This document shows positions 7,305 through 16,255 of a DNA stretch of 35,011 nucleotides, one piece after another. Position 1 is the first letter of the stretch. Each line of letters starts with the position of its first letter. Under the pieces are notes generated by a model, which was not told the origin of the DNA, did no database searches, and worked only from the letters and a program-made list of their open reading frames with translations. The translations under genes and the position numbers were made by a program. The stretch lies in contig JBBDMM010000006.1 in NCBI GenBank assembly GCA_040878325.1, forward strand, positions 1 to 35,011. Reading direction: 5' to 3'. The stretch is from Acidimicrobiia bacterium. GTDB taxonomy: Bacteria > Actinomycetota > Acidimicrobiia > Spongiisociales > UBA11373.

Positions 7305-8064
7305 ACACCAATGATTGGGCATGAGCCCAGCGAGATGCCACCGCGGAGTAATGACCGGCGGCGCCCTCGTAGTCGCCATCCTCGAGGGCGCTGAGACTCG
7401 CCGCAACCTCCGCAGCCGACTCATCTATGGCCAGCTCCGCCCGACTGAAGAGGGAAGCGACGTCGGCATAGTCGAGTTCGAGGATGGCGCGTGAGGGGAA
7501 CTGCTCCATCCATCGCACCAGGTCGGCTACCTGGTCGACGATCGCGTCGTCGAACCCTGCCTCCTCGAGTACCTGCACCGACCTCCGCATCCGGCGCAGC
7601 GCATCGCGCATCCGGCTTCGATACCGGATAGTCAGCCCAGACTCGTCGTCCAGCAGTCGACGATCGGAGGGGTCGAAAGCCGCAAACCACCGCAGCGGCA
7701 CGAAGAAGGGTGACGTGAGGATGTGGCTGCGCGCTGCGGGGAATCGTTCCTGGATGCGATCGAGCTCACGCGCCGCCCGGGCAGCGGTCGCCTCGGGAAC
7801 CAGCATCGAGGCAGTTGGCCCGCGGTAGGCGTTACGGAAGGCGAGCAGGCCCTCGAGCATCCGCAGGCGCGGGTAGCGAGGGCACACATAACGCCGCCCT
7901 TCGTCCTCGAGCACGAACGCGTCCTCCCGCACCGACTCGTCCCAGACGCCGTACTCCCCACGGGTCAGCACGCGGCTCTTCGCATCGGCCTCGGCCACAT
8001 GGACGAGCGGCTCCTCGACCCGATCGGCCGGTAGGTAAACACGGAGATAGGCCGCCTTTGCCAT
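7294..8064 (-). CDS. Conserved actinobacterial hypothetical protein
   Basis: 256 aa, AYLRVY, VPLRWF, ELDY motifs; TACCAT-N6-ATG leaderless start. Confidence 0.8.
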   Translation of the reverse strand: MAKAAYLRVYLPADRVEEPLVHVAEADAKSRVLTRGEYGVWDESVREDAFVLEDEGRRYVCPRYPRLRMLEGLLAFRNAYRGPTASMLVPEATAARAARELDRIQERFPAARSHILTSPFFVPLRWFAAFDPSDRRLLDDESGLTIRYRSRMRDALRRMRRSVQVLEEAGFDDAIVDQVADLVRWMEQFPSRAILELDYADVASLFSRAELAIDESAAEVAASLSALEDGDYEGAAGHYSAVASRWAHAQSLVYAN

Positions 8065-8256
8065 TAGGTGATGGTAGAGAACCCGGCGCGTTTCCGTTCA
8101 CGCCGAACAGCCATCCGCCCTCCGCCAGACGCGCCCGCTGCATCAAGCGGGTTCTTGCGGGAGGCGGGGGCGGGAGGCCACCTCTCTCCCCTGACGCCCG
8201 AAACCCTCCCGGGGTACACTCGCGCCCGTTCCGTTGCCTCGCGAAAGGAGCCGGCG

Positions 8257-9333
8257 TTGGGGGTATTCCACGCGCTCACTGGCCACGAACAGGTCGTATT
8301 CGGATCCGATGCGGCCTCGGGGCTCAAGGCCATCATCGCAATCCACTCGACAGCTCTAGGTCCCGCCCTCGGCGGGACTCGCTTTTATCCGTACGAGTCT
8401 GAGGACGCGGCTCTCCACGACGTGCTTCGCCTCTCCGCCGCGATGTCGCTCAAGGCGGCCGCCGCCGGTCTCGACCTCGGCGGCGGGAAGGCGGTCATCA
8501 TTGGCGACCCTCGGAAGGTGAAGTCCGAGCGTTTGTGGCGGGCCTATGGGCGCCTGATCGACTCTCTTCGAGGCCGCTACATCACCGCCGAGGACGTCGG
8601 CACCGACACGGCCGACATGGAGCTCATCCGCCGCGAGACCCGCTGGGTATGCGGTGTGCCCGTAGAAGAGGGAGGGTCGGGAGACCCATCGCCGGCCACC
8701 GCCCAAGGATTGATGGCGGCGACCCGGGCGGTATGGAAGTTCATGCACGGCACGGACGAGCTCCAGGGCCGCAAGGTGGCGGTGTTGGGCGTCGGGAAAG
8801 TCGGCTCGGATCTCGTCCGACGCTTCGTCGAGGCCGGCGCCTCGGTGGTGATCGCCGATGTCCACCCCCCTGCCATCGAGAAGGTCACGGCCAGGTTCGA
8901 CGTGGAAGTGGTCGCCTGCGATGAGATCTACGACGTGGAATGTGACATCTTCGCCCCGTGCTCCCTCGGCGGCGCCCTGACCGAAGAGACCATCCCCCGG
9001 CTCCGCTGTCAGGCGGTCGTCGGATCCGCCAACAACCAGCTCGCCACCGACGAGGACGCCGTGCGGCTTGCCGATCGCGACATCCTTTACGCTCCAGACT
9101 TCGTGGTGAACGCCGGAGGCCTCATCCACGTGAGTCAAGAGCTCGGCGACTACAACGCCGACAAGGCGTCGGCGCACGTCGAGAAGGTCTACGACAACAC
9201 GCTGCGCGTGCTCGAGGCCTCGCGCGAACGGAACGTCACCCCGAACGTGGCAGCGGTGACCCTGGCCGAGGAGCGGATCGCCGACATCGGGAACCTGCGA
9301 CTCTTCCGTCGCGGTGGCGACGACCGGAACTGA
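8257..9333 (+). CDS. Glu/Leu/Phe/Val dehydrogenase (leucine/valine dehydrogenase-like)
   Basis: GPALGGTR, GGGKAVI, YITAEDVGT, GSGDPSPATA, GVGKVG, GSANNQL, NAGGLI; TTG start after AAGGAG. Confidence 0.93.
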   Translation: MGVFHALTGHEQVVFGSDAASGLKAIIAIHSTALGPALGGTRFYPYESEDAALHDVLRLSAAMSLKAAAAGLDLGGGKAVIIGDPRKVKSERLWRAYGRLIDSLRGRYITAEDVGTDTADMELIRRETRWVCGVPVEEGGSGDPSPATAQGLMAATRAVWKFMHGTDELQGRKVAVLGVGKVGSDLVRRFVEAGASVVIADVHPPAIEKVTARFDVEVVACDEIYDVECDIFAPCSLGGALTEETIPRLRCQAVVGSANNQLATDEDAVRLADRDILYAPDFVVNAGGLIHVSQELGDYNADKASAHVEKVYDNTLRVLEASRERNVTPNVAAVTLAEERIADIGNLRLFRRGGDDRN

Positions 9334-9343
9334 GGAGGCAAGC

Positions 9344-11371
9344 GTGGCGATCGGCATCGACCCGATGCGCAACCATCTGGATCTCGGGATCAGCGACGAT
9401 GCGTTGCTCGAGATGTACCGGCTCATGGTGCGCGCCCGGCGGCTCGACGACCGCATGTGGGCCCTCAACCGGCAGGGCCGCGCCCCTTTCGTGGTCTCGT
9501 CGTCCGGCCACGAGGCCACCCAGGTGGGCACTGCATCCGCACTCGACAAGCGCCATGACTGGGCACTTCCCTACTACCGCGACGCCGGGGTGGCGCTCGC
9601 GATGGGTCTCTCCCTCGAGGAGCTCTTCCTCGGGGTGTTCTCAAAGGAGAGCGACCCCAACAGTGCCGGACGCCAGATGCCCAACCACTGGTCGCACAAG
9701 GACCTTCGGATATTCAGTCACTCGTCGGTCATCGCCACCCAGTTCCCTCATGCCGCCGGGCTGGCGTACGAACTGAAGCGCCAGGGCGACTCCGGGGTCG
9801 TCATGGTGTGGGGTGGAGAAGGTTCCTCGTCCGAGGGCGACTTCCACGAGGCGATGAACTTTGCCGGCATCCACCAGGTTCCATGCGTATTCGTGATCGA
9901 GAACAACCAGTACGCCATCTCGGTACCAGTGCGGCACGAGGTCGCGGGCTCGCTCACACTTCGTGCCAAGGGATACGCGATGCACGCCGAAGAGGTCGAC
10001 GGCAACGACATCCTCGAGGTCTACCGGGCCGCCTCGGAGGCAGTGGCACGGGCCCGGGCCGGCGGAGGGCCCACCTTCCTCGAGTGCCACACCTACCGGC
10101 ACTACGCCCACACCTCCGAAGACGACGACAAATACCGGCCGGCGGAGGAGATCGAGGAGTGGAAGAAGCGTGATCCCATCGGCATCCTCAAGCAGTACCT
10201 GGTGGAGAGCCGGCTCCTCGACCAGGAGCGAGAGAACGCCATCGACGACGAGGCGGTCAGCGCGATCAGCGCCGCGGTCAAGACCGCCGATGCCGCCGCC
10301 GACCCGACCGACCCATTGGCCAACGTCTACGTGAACGTCGTCGAGAACACCAACCCCGCCACCGCGGTCGAACCCGACCTCGACGGTGAGGAAATGAACA
10401 TGGTCACCGCCATCAACCAGGCGCTGCACGAGATCATGGAGGCGATCCCCGAGACCGTGTTCTTCGGGCAGGACGTCGCCGACCCGAAGGGCGGTGTCTT
10501 CCGCGCCTCGGTGGGTCTCACCGACAAGTTCGGGGCCGGCCGCAGCTTCAACATGCCGATCGCCGAGTCGTCCATCGTGGGTACGGCCATCGGAATGACA
10601 GCCGCCGGTGCCCGCCCGATCGCCGAGATCCAGTTCGCCGACTACATCCACCCGGCCTTCGATCAGATCGTGTCGGAGGCGGCGAGGCTGCTCTACCGCT
10701 CGGGTGGCGCCTGGAACTGCCCGATCGTGATCCGCGTCCCCTACGGCGGCGGGGTCCACGGAGCGCTCTATCACAGCCAGTCGATCGAGGCCTTCTACTC
10801 GCATGTCCCCGGCCTCAAGGTGGTGATCCCGTCGACACCTGCCGACGCCAAGGGTCTGCTGTGGGCCGCGGTGGAGGATCCCGACCCGGTGATGGTCATG
10901 GAACCCAAGAAGCTCTACCGCCTCGGCAAGGCACCCGTGCCCAAGGGGGCGCACCGGGTGCCGATCGGCAAGGCTGCGTTGCGGCGCACGGGCAGCGACC
11001 TGACGATCATCGCCTACGGCGCGATGGCGCACTTCGCCGGCGAAGCATCGGACCGGCTCGCCGAAGAGGGCATCGGGGCCGAGGTCCTCGACCTGCGAAC
11101 CCTCCGCCCGCTCGACTGGGCTTCGGTGGAGGCAGCGGTGCAGCGGACCTCCAAGGTGCTGATCGTCTACGAGGACAACAAGTTCGGCGGCTACGGCGCT
11201 GAAGTGTCCGCCCAGATCGCCGAGAAGACCTTCGAGTGGCTCGACGCCCCGGTCACGCGGTACGCCTCCCCCGAGATCCCAACCTTCCCCTACTCCTCGT
11301 CCCTCGAAGAGCAGGTGTACCCCTCGGTCGAGGGAATCATGGAGCGGGCACGCGAACTGGCGGAGTACTGA
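9344..11371 (+). CDS. 2-oxoisovalerate (branched-chain 2-oxoacid) dehydrogenase E1, fused alpha/beta subunit
   Basis: GRQMPNHW, ThDP motif GEG...ENN, beta domain GQDV..GGVF, EIQFADYI, YHSQS; SD GAGGAGG. Confidence 0.92.
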   Translation: MAIGIDPMRNHLDLGISDDALLEMYRLMVRARRLDDRMWALNRQGRAPFVVSSSGHEATQVGTASALDKRHDWALPYYRDAGVALAMGLSLEELFLGVFSKESDPNSAGRQMPNHWSHKDLRIFSHSSVIATQFPHAAGLAYELKRQGDSGVVMVWGGEGSSSEGDFHEAMNFAGIHQVPCVFVIENNQYAISVPVRHEVAGSLTLRAKGYAMHAEEVDGNDILEVYRAASEAVARARAGGGPTFLECHTYRHYAHTSEDDDKYRPAEEIEEWKKRDPIGILKQYLVESRLLDQERENAIDDEAVSAISAAVKTADAAADPTDPLANVYVNVVENTNPATAVEPDLDGEEMNMVTAINQALHEIMEAIPETVFFGQDVADPKGGVFRASVGLTDKFGAGRSFNMPIAESSIVGTAIGMTAAGARPIAEIQFADYIHPAFDQIVSEAARLLYRSGGAWNCPIVIRVPYGGGVHGALYHSQSIEAFYSHVPGLKVVIPSTPADAKGLLWAAVEDPDPVMVMEPKKLYRLGKAPVPKGAHRVPIGKAALRRTGSDLTIIAYGAMAHFAGEASDRLAEEGIGAEVLDLRTLRPLDWASVEAAVQRTSKVLIVYEDNKFGGYGAEVSAQIAEKTFEWLDAPVTRYASPEIPTFPYSSSLEEQVYPSVEGIMERARELAEY

Positions 11372-11420
11372 GAGCCAAGAATCAAGAGTCAAGAATCTTG
11401 GTTCTTGGCTCTTGGTTCTC
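11372..11420. repeat. Inverted heptamer array (AATCAAG/AGCCAAG type), probable terminator-forming hairpin
   Basis: AGCCAAG AATCAAG AGTCAAG followed by CTTGGTT CTTGGCT CTTGGTT. Confidence 0.8.
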
Positions 11421-11438
11421 AGGACATACGATTCCACC

Positions 11439-12308
11439 ATGACCGGTCGAATCCGCATCGCCACTCCCTCCGACGTCTTCGCCATCTCTGAGTGGACGCG
11501 CGACACGTTTCCTTGGGGTGATTACATCCCCTATGTCTTGGAGCGGTGGATCGCCGACGAGACAGGGCGGGTGTTCGTCGGGGAGGTAGACGGCACGGTG
11601 GTGGCCATGGGGCGAGTGGGGATGCTCGGGCCCGATGAGGCCTGGGCCCAGGGGATGCGGGTCCATCCCGACCACCGGCGCCAGGGCCACGGGCTTCGGA
11701 TCACCAATGCACTGTCCACCTGGGCGACGGAGCAGGGCGCCAAGGTGATCCGGCTGTCGGTGGAGACCTGGAACACCAGCGCGCAGGCACAGGTGGAGGC
11801 GGCAGGTTTCCGGCCAGTGAGCGATTGGGTCCACGCCGTGAGGGCAGTTGGAGAGAGCTCTCCGGTACCGGCAGGCAACGGCGGAAAACGGGTTCCGCCG
11901 GCTGAGCGATTGAGGGTTGCCCATTCCGCCGAGGCCGACGCCGCGTACATGTCGTGGATGGGGGGCGAGCTGGCACGCGCCGCCCGCAACCTGATTCAGA
12001 TCGACTGGCGCTGGCAACGGCTCAGCCTCGAGGTCCTCACCGTCGCCGCCCGTGACATGGGCTTGCTCGAGGGCCGCCCCGGGTGGGCGATCTTCGAGAT
12101 CGACGAGACCGAATTCCTGGTCCACTGGCTCGAGACAGGACCATCGGACGCCAGGGCAATGGTGCTCGCTCTGGTCGACAAAGCCGCCGAGTCGGGGGCC
12201 GAAACCGTCGGGATCATGATCCCCGCAGTCGCGTGGCTGGAACGCGAACTCAAGCGCCTCGGATTCGACCCAACGCATCCCAACACCGTGTGGGCAAAGG
12301 CGTTATAG
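11439..12308 (+). CDS. GNAT family N-acetyltransferase
   Basis: RVHPDHRRQGHG motif A, N..A...AGF motif B; TACGAT-N6-ATG start. Confidence 0.88.
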   Translation: MTGRIRIATPSDVFAISEWTRDTFPWGDYIPYVLERWIADETGRVFVGEVDGTVVAMGRVGMLGPDEAWAQGMRVHPDHRRQGHGLRITNALSTWATEQGAKVIRLSVETWNTSAQAQVEAAGFRPVSDWVHAVRAVGESSPVPAGNGGKRVPPAERLRVAHSAEADAAYMSWMGGELARAARNLIQIDWRWQRLSLEVLTVAARDMGLLEGRPGWAIFEIDETEFLVHWLETGPSDARAMVLALVDKAAESGAETVGIMIPAVAWLERELKRLGFDPTHPNTVWAKAL

Positions 12309-12392
12309 GAGTCAAGAATCAAGAATCAAGATTCAAGAATCAAGATTCAGGGCGTCTTGGCTCTTGATTCTCGGCTCTTGGCTCTTGGGGTT
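12309..12392. repeat. Inverted heptamer array (AATCAAG type) between convergent genes
   Basis: About 5 (A/G)A(T)TCAAG units, then CTTGGCT/CTTGATT/CTCGGCT units. Confidence 0.8.
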
Positions 12393-13269
12393 CCGGTATC
12401 GGCTCGGGCGGCCGCTCTCGCGCCAGCACCAGCAGGCCCGTGGACACCAGGGCGATGCCGACGATCGTGGTGGCTCTGATCGGCTCGTCGAGCACGGTCA
12501 TTCCCAGGATCGCCGCGGTCACGGGCTCGGCGAGGGTCAGGGTTGCCGCGACCGCTACGGGCGTTCCCCGCAGGCCGTGGGCAAAGAGAATGTACGAGAA
12601 AGCGGTGGCAGCCACAGTGAGCCAGAGGACCACCAACAATCCTCGGGTGGTTGTCAGCCAGGCGGTCTCGACGAACAGCAGAGTCGGGGCGAGCAGCACC
12701 GCCGCACCGGTGAACACCACTCCGGCGACGAAGACCGGCGGGTGGCGGTCGAGCAGCGACTTGACCGCCACCAAATAGATGGCCCAGACGAGACCGGCCG
12801 CGAGATTGAGGCCCACCCCGACAGGGTCCACGCCGGCAGCCCCACCGCCCGACACCAGTAGGACGGCTCCGACAACGGACACCGTCGTCGCCACTGCCCA
12901 GCGGACGCCGAGTCGCTCCCCCCGAAACGCCCACGCCATGAGTCCCGCCAGGATCGGCCCGCTGCCAATCGTCACGATCGTGCCGACGGCGACCCCGGTG
13001 CGATCCACGCCAGAGAAGAACAGAGGCTGGGAGACGGCCATCGTCACCACCGCAGCGACCAGTGACCACCCCCACATCTGCCGAAGCGGGGCAGTCCGGC
13101 GGGTCGCCAGGGCGTAGAGGACCAGTGTTGCCCCGCCCGCCATCCGGACGACCCCGACCGCAATCGGCGAGATGCCGTCCGGCCCGAGGGCTTGTGCGGT
13201 ACCTGTGGTTCCCCAGAGCGTGGCTGCGGCGAGCACCAGAAAGGGTCCAGTAGCAACGAAGCGAGCCAT
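12340..13269 (-). CDS. EamA/DMT family transporter
   Basis: 10 TM helices in two EamA repeats, LWGTTG, TLAEPVTA..LG...LDE. Confidence 0.92.
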   Translation of the reverse strand: MARFVATGPFLVLAAATLWGTTGTAQALGPDGISPIAVGVVRMAGGATLVLYALATRRTAPLRQMWGWSLVAAVVTMAVSQPLFFSGVDRTGVAVGTIVTIGSGPILAGLMAWAFRGERLGVRWAVATTVSVVGAVLLVSGGGAAGVDPVGVGLNLAAGLVWAIYLVAVKSLLDRHPPVFVAGVVFTGAAVLLAPTLLFVETAWLTTTRGLLVVLWLTVAATAFSYILFAHGLRGTPVAVAATLTLAEPVTAAILGMTVLDEPIRATTIVGIALVSTGLLVLARERPPEPIPEPQEPRAENQEPRRPES

Positions 13270-13295
13270 GAAGGGGGAGAGTAGGTCGGGGCCCT

Positions 13296-13415
13296 AGCCG
13301 ACCGCCGGCAGCCGACAGCCCATGGCCATCGATGAGATGCTCGGACTCGTAGTCGCGTGCCAAGCGAGGCGCGGGTGCCGCGCGTATCTGAACTGTCGGC
13401 TGTCGGCGGTCGGCT
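13296..13415. repeat. Inverted heptamer-arm element (AGCCGAC type)
   Basis: AGCCGACCGCCGGCAGCCGACAG (13296-13318) matches the reverse complement of 13393-13415 at 22/23. Confidence 0.75.
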
Positions 13416-13440
13416 TCCTTTCAACTACCGTCGGGACCGC

Positions 13441-13893
13441 ATGCGTCGCGCGATCGGATTCCTCGTCAAGTTCGTGATCCTCTGGGTCGCCATGCTGGTC
13501 ATCGGGCGAGTGGCGTCGCGCCAGTTCGAGGGGGAGACCACCCCCGACGACAACGAGTTCCGCATCCTCGGTTTCATCGGCGGCCGGTCGGTGCACAGCA
13601 ACGCCACCGCGTTGCGATCTGCCACCGTGCAGGTGACCATCGGTGGCATCGATCTCGACCTCCGCGGCGCATCCCTCGACCCCGCCGGCGCGCATCTCGC
13701 GCTGAAGGTGACAGTCGGGGGGATGAAGGTGGTGGTTCCACCGACCTGGCGGGTCTACGTCGCCGAGGACGTCCGCGGCGGCGCGATCGAAGTCAACACT
13801 GAGCCACCGGAGACGCTGGGTGACGACGCCCCCGTCCTCACCATCGAAGCGGTCGTGCGCTCCGGCGGAGTCGTCATCGACGCCGCCGATTGA
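13441..13893 (+). CDS. LiaF-like / cell wall-active antibiotic response domain protein
   Basis: N-terminal TM; GGIDLDLRGA, GGMKVVVPPTWRV, GGVVI beta-repeats. Confidence 0.75.
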   Translation: MRRAIGFLVKFVILWVAMLVIGRVASRQFEGETTPDDNEFRILGFIGGRSVHSNATALRSATVQVTIGGIDLDLRGASLDPAGAHLALKVTVGGMKVVVPPTWRVYVAEDVRGGAIEVNTEPPETLGDDAPVLTIEAVVRSGGVVIDAAD

Positions 13894-13907
13894 CTCCGTC
13901 GAGCTTG

Positions 13908-15143
13908 CTACTCGCGACTTGCCACCTGCGACTCGATCGCGTCCGCGTATAGCTCGAGCGGGTGCGCCACCCGCACCCGGTCACCGAGGTGCGCCCGCAG
14001 TTGGATTTCGCAGCCGGGATTCGCCGAAGCCACAATCGGGGCGCGGGTGGCGATGACCTCGGCCGCCTTGTTGGAGCCCAAACGCGCCGCGGTCTCGGGA
14101 CGAAGGATCGCGTAGATCCCGGCCGCTCCGCAACACATCCCCGACGGATCGACCTCCCGCACCTCGTATCCGGCGGCGCGGAGAACTGTTCTCGGCTCCT
14201 CGGTCATGCGTAGGGCGTGGCGGTGGTGGCACGGGTCCTGGACCGCAACCGCGCCCCCGTTGGGAGCGAGCCGCGGCAGTCGCCCCTCCCCGATCGCCCG
14301 AGCCACCAGGGCAACCGCATCGATCGCCCGCTGCTCAACCGACGCGGCCGTGGCGTCCCAGTCGCCGTAAGAGGCGAGGTGAGCGCTGCACCCCGCCACG
14401 TTCGACACCACCAGGTCGACCCCGACGAACGCGGCGGCATTCGTCTTTGCCAGGCGCGCCGCCTCGTCGGCGGCGCCGTCATGGGCGGCGAGGGCGCCAC
14501 AGCAGGTCTGGGCCTGCGGAACCTCCACTCGATAGCCGGCAGCGGTCAGCAAGCTGATCGTGGCGCGATGGACCGCCGGGAACCACGGGTCCATCACGCA
14601 CCCGGCGAGAAGGCCCACGGTGCCGATCGGTGGGGACTTCGGCTCGAAGGTGGCGCCGACGATCGACCTGCGCCTGAAGCCGAGCCGGCGCATACCCGCG
14701 AGACCAGTGCGGAGGCTTCGGGGCGCCCAGCGACCGGCGCCCATCCGCTGTGCCACCGCCGCCCAGAACGTGGCGAACCCGACCCTGCGCCGGCTTCCCA
14801 ACCACCTGCCGAGGGCTCGCTTTCGCAGCCGGCGGCCCTCAGGCCGCGCCGCGCTCAGCTCGGCCCGGGCACCCTCCATCATCCGTCCGAAGGGCACCAA
14901 TGACGGGCATACCGCCTCGCACGCCCGGCATTGGAGACAAAAGCTCATCACCTCATCGAAGGCCGCGTCGAGCGGCAGCTCACCCGACGCCACCGTCCGC
15001 ATCGCGTTGATTCGGCCGCGGGGCGACGCCGCCTCATCACCGGTGAGGCGAAAGGTGGGGCAATGGGGGAGACACAGGCCGCACTCGACGCACGCGTTCA
15101 GCTCGGCCGGGGTCGGCGCCCACGGGGTCGACCAACCCATCAC
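13908..15143 (-). CDS. glcF: Glycolate oxidase Fe-S subunit-like
   Basis: Two CxxCxxCxxxCP clusters, SPRGRI, CCG domains (TCCGA, MCCGAAG), NPGC; GTGA overlap. Confidence 0.88.
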   Translation of the reverse strand: MMGWSTPWAPTPAELNACVECGLCLPHCPTFRLTGDEAASPRGRINAMRTVASGELPLDAAFDEVMSFCLQCRACEAVCPSLVPFGRMMEGARAELSAARPEGRRLRKRALGRWLGSRRRVGFATFWAAVAQRMGAGRWAPRSLRTGLAGMRRLGFRRRSIVGATFEPKSPPIGTVGLLAGCVMDPWFPAVHRATISLLTAAGYRVEVPQAQTCCGALAAHDGAADEAARLAKTNAAAFVGVDLVVSNVAGCSAHLASYGDWDATAASVEQRAIDAVALVARAIGEGRLPRLAPNGGAVAVQDPCHHRHALRMTEEPRTVLRAAGYEVREVDPSGMCCGAAGIYAILRPETAARLGSNKAAEVIATRAPIVASANPGCEIQLRAHLGDRVRVAHPLELYADAIESQVASRE

Positions 15144-16255
15144 AGCCCTCCGGGCAGGCGTCCGGGTGCCATGACCCCGGCCGGGTCGAACCCGGCCTTG
15201 ATTCGGCGCTGGAGGTCCAGGGTCTGCGGCGGCGTCCCCCATGGGTCGAGGGCGAAGCCGTCGGGGGCTGCGAGCAGGACCATTGCGCCACCTGTCGACT
15301 CGGCCCAATCTCGCAGCCCCTCCAACTCCGATGGGTTGATCGAGTCGAACGAAGCGTTCACCTCCCCCACTCCGTGACCGGCGACGAACGAGTCAGGCGC
15401 CGGCAACCGGCGGACCGCTTCGGCCGTCGACGCCGGCGGAACCCGCACCGACACGACCACCTCACCGGTCGGGTGTTCGGGCCACAGCAGGCCCTCCTGC
15501 ACGCTGCCCCCGAGGGCGGCACCTTGCGCTGCGACCTCGCGTTCCGTCCCGGCGAGGTAGGCGAAGCAGCCCGTCGCGGTCTCGAGCACGGCCAGGGGCC
15601 GGTAGGCAATTTCAAGAGCCCGGCTGGGATCATCGACGCGCACGGTCGTGGTGGTCTCGCCTTTCGGCCACAACTTCAGACACACCCGACCGATGAGACC
15701 GAGCGATCCAAGCGATCCGGTGACGAGACGGGGGATGTCGTAGCCGGTGACGTTCTTCACCACCTGGGCGCCTCCCCTGACCACGCGGCCGTCACCGGTG
15801 GCGACGACCACCTCGAGCACACGGTCCCGGGTGGGCCCGTAGCGATACCTCCGCCAGCCGGACGCACCGGCAGCAACCACTCCCCCGACGGTCGCTGCCC
15901 CTGGCCGCTCGGGGAGAACCGCGCTCTGCGACCGCTCATCCAGGCGAGCCTCGAGAGCCGCCACCGGCAACCCCGGTTCGACGACCACTGTCAGATCGTC
16001 GGGCTGCCAGTCGACGATGCGATCCATCCGGGTGGTGACCAGCAACAGGTCGGGCTCGATCCGATACCCGAGGCCCTGGTGGGTGCCTCCGCCCCATACG
16101 ACGACCGCAAGCCCGTGCTCGGAGGCGAAGTCGAGGATGCGGGCGGCTTCTTCGACCGTGGTCGGGGCGAGCACTAGGTCGGCCGGCGGCGCGCCTTCGA
16201 CTGGGTCGGCCATTTCGCCAAACAGCCTCGCCGCGGTGGAACGCAGTGCGGTCAC
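15140..16255 (-). CDS. glcE: Glycolate oxidase FAD-binding subunit GlcE-like
   Basis: GGGT, ATVGG, RDRVL, GAQVVKNVTGYDI, GSLG, IKAGFDP; GTGA overlap. Confidence 0.85.
   Translation of the reverse strand: MTALRSTAARLFGEMADPVEGAPPADLVLAPTTVEEAARILDFASEHGLAVVVWGGGTHQGLGYRIEPDLLLVTTRMDRIVDWQPDDLTVVVEPGLPVAALEARLDERSQSAVLPERPGAATVGGVVAAGASGWRRYRYGPTRDRVLEVVVATGDGRVVRGGAQVVKNVTGYDIPRLVTGSLGSLGLIGRVCLKLWPKGETTTTVRVDDPSRALEIAYRPLAVLETATGCFAYLAGTEREVAAQGAALGGSVQEGLLWPEHPTGEVVVSVRVPPASTAEAVRRLPAPDSFVAGHGVGEVNASFDSINPSELEGLRDWAESTGGAMVLLAAPDGFALDPWGTPPQTLDLQRRIKAGFDPAGVMAPGRLPGGL

Noticed and set aside
9641..11506. Long antisense/alternate-frame ORFs (e.g. 9641..11506-, 18527..19840-, 16246..17535+)
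   Set aside because: High-GC shadow ORFs opposite well-supported genes, with no recognisable motifs
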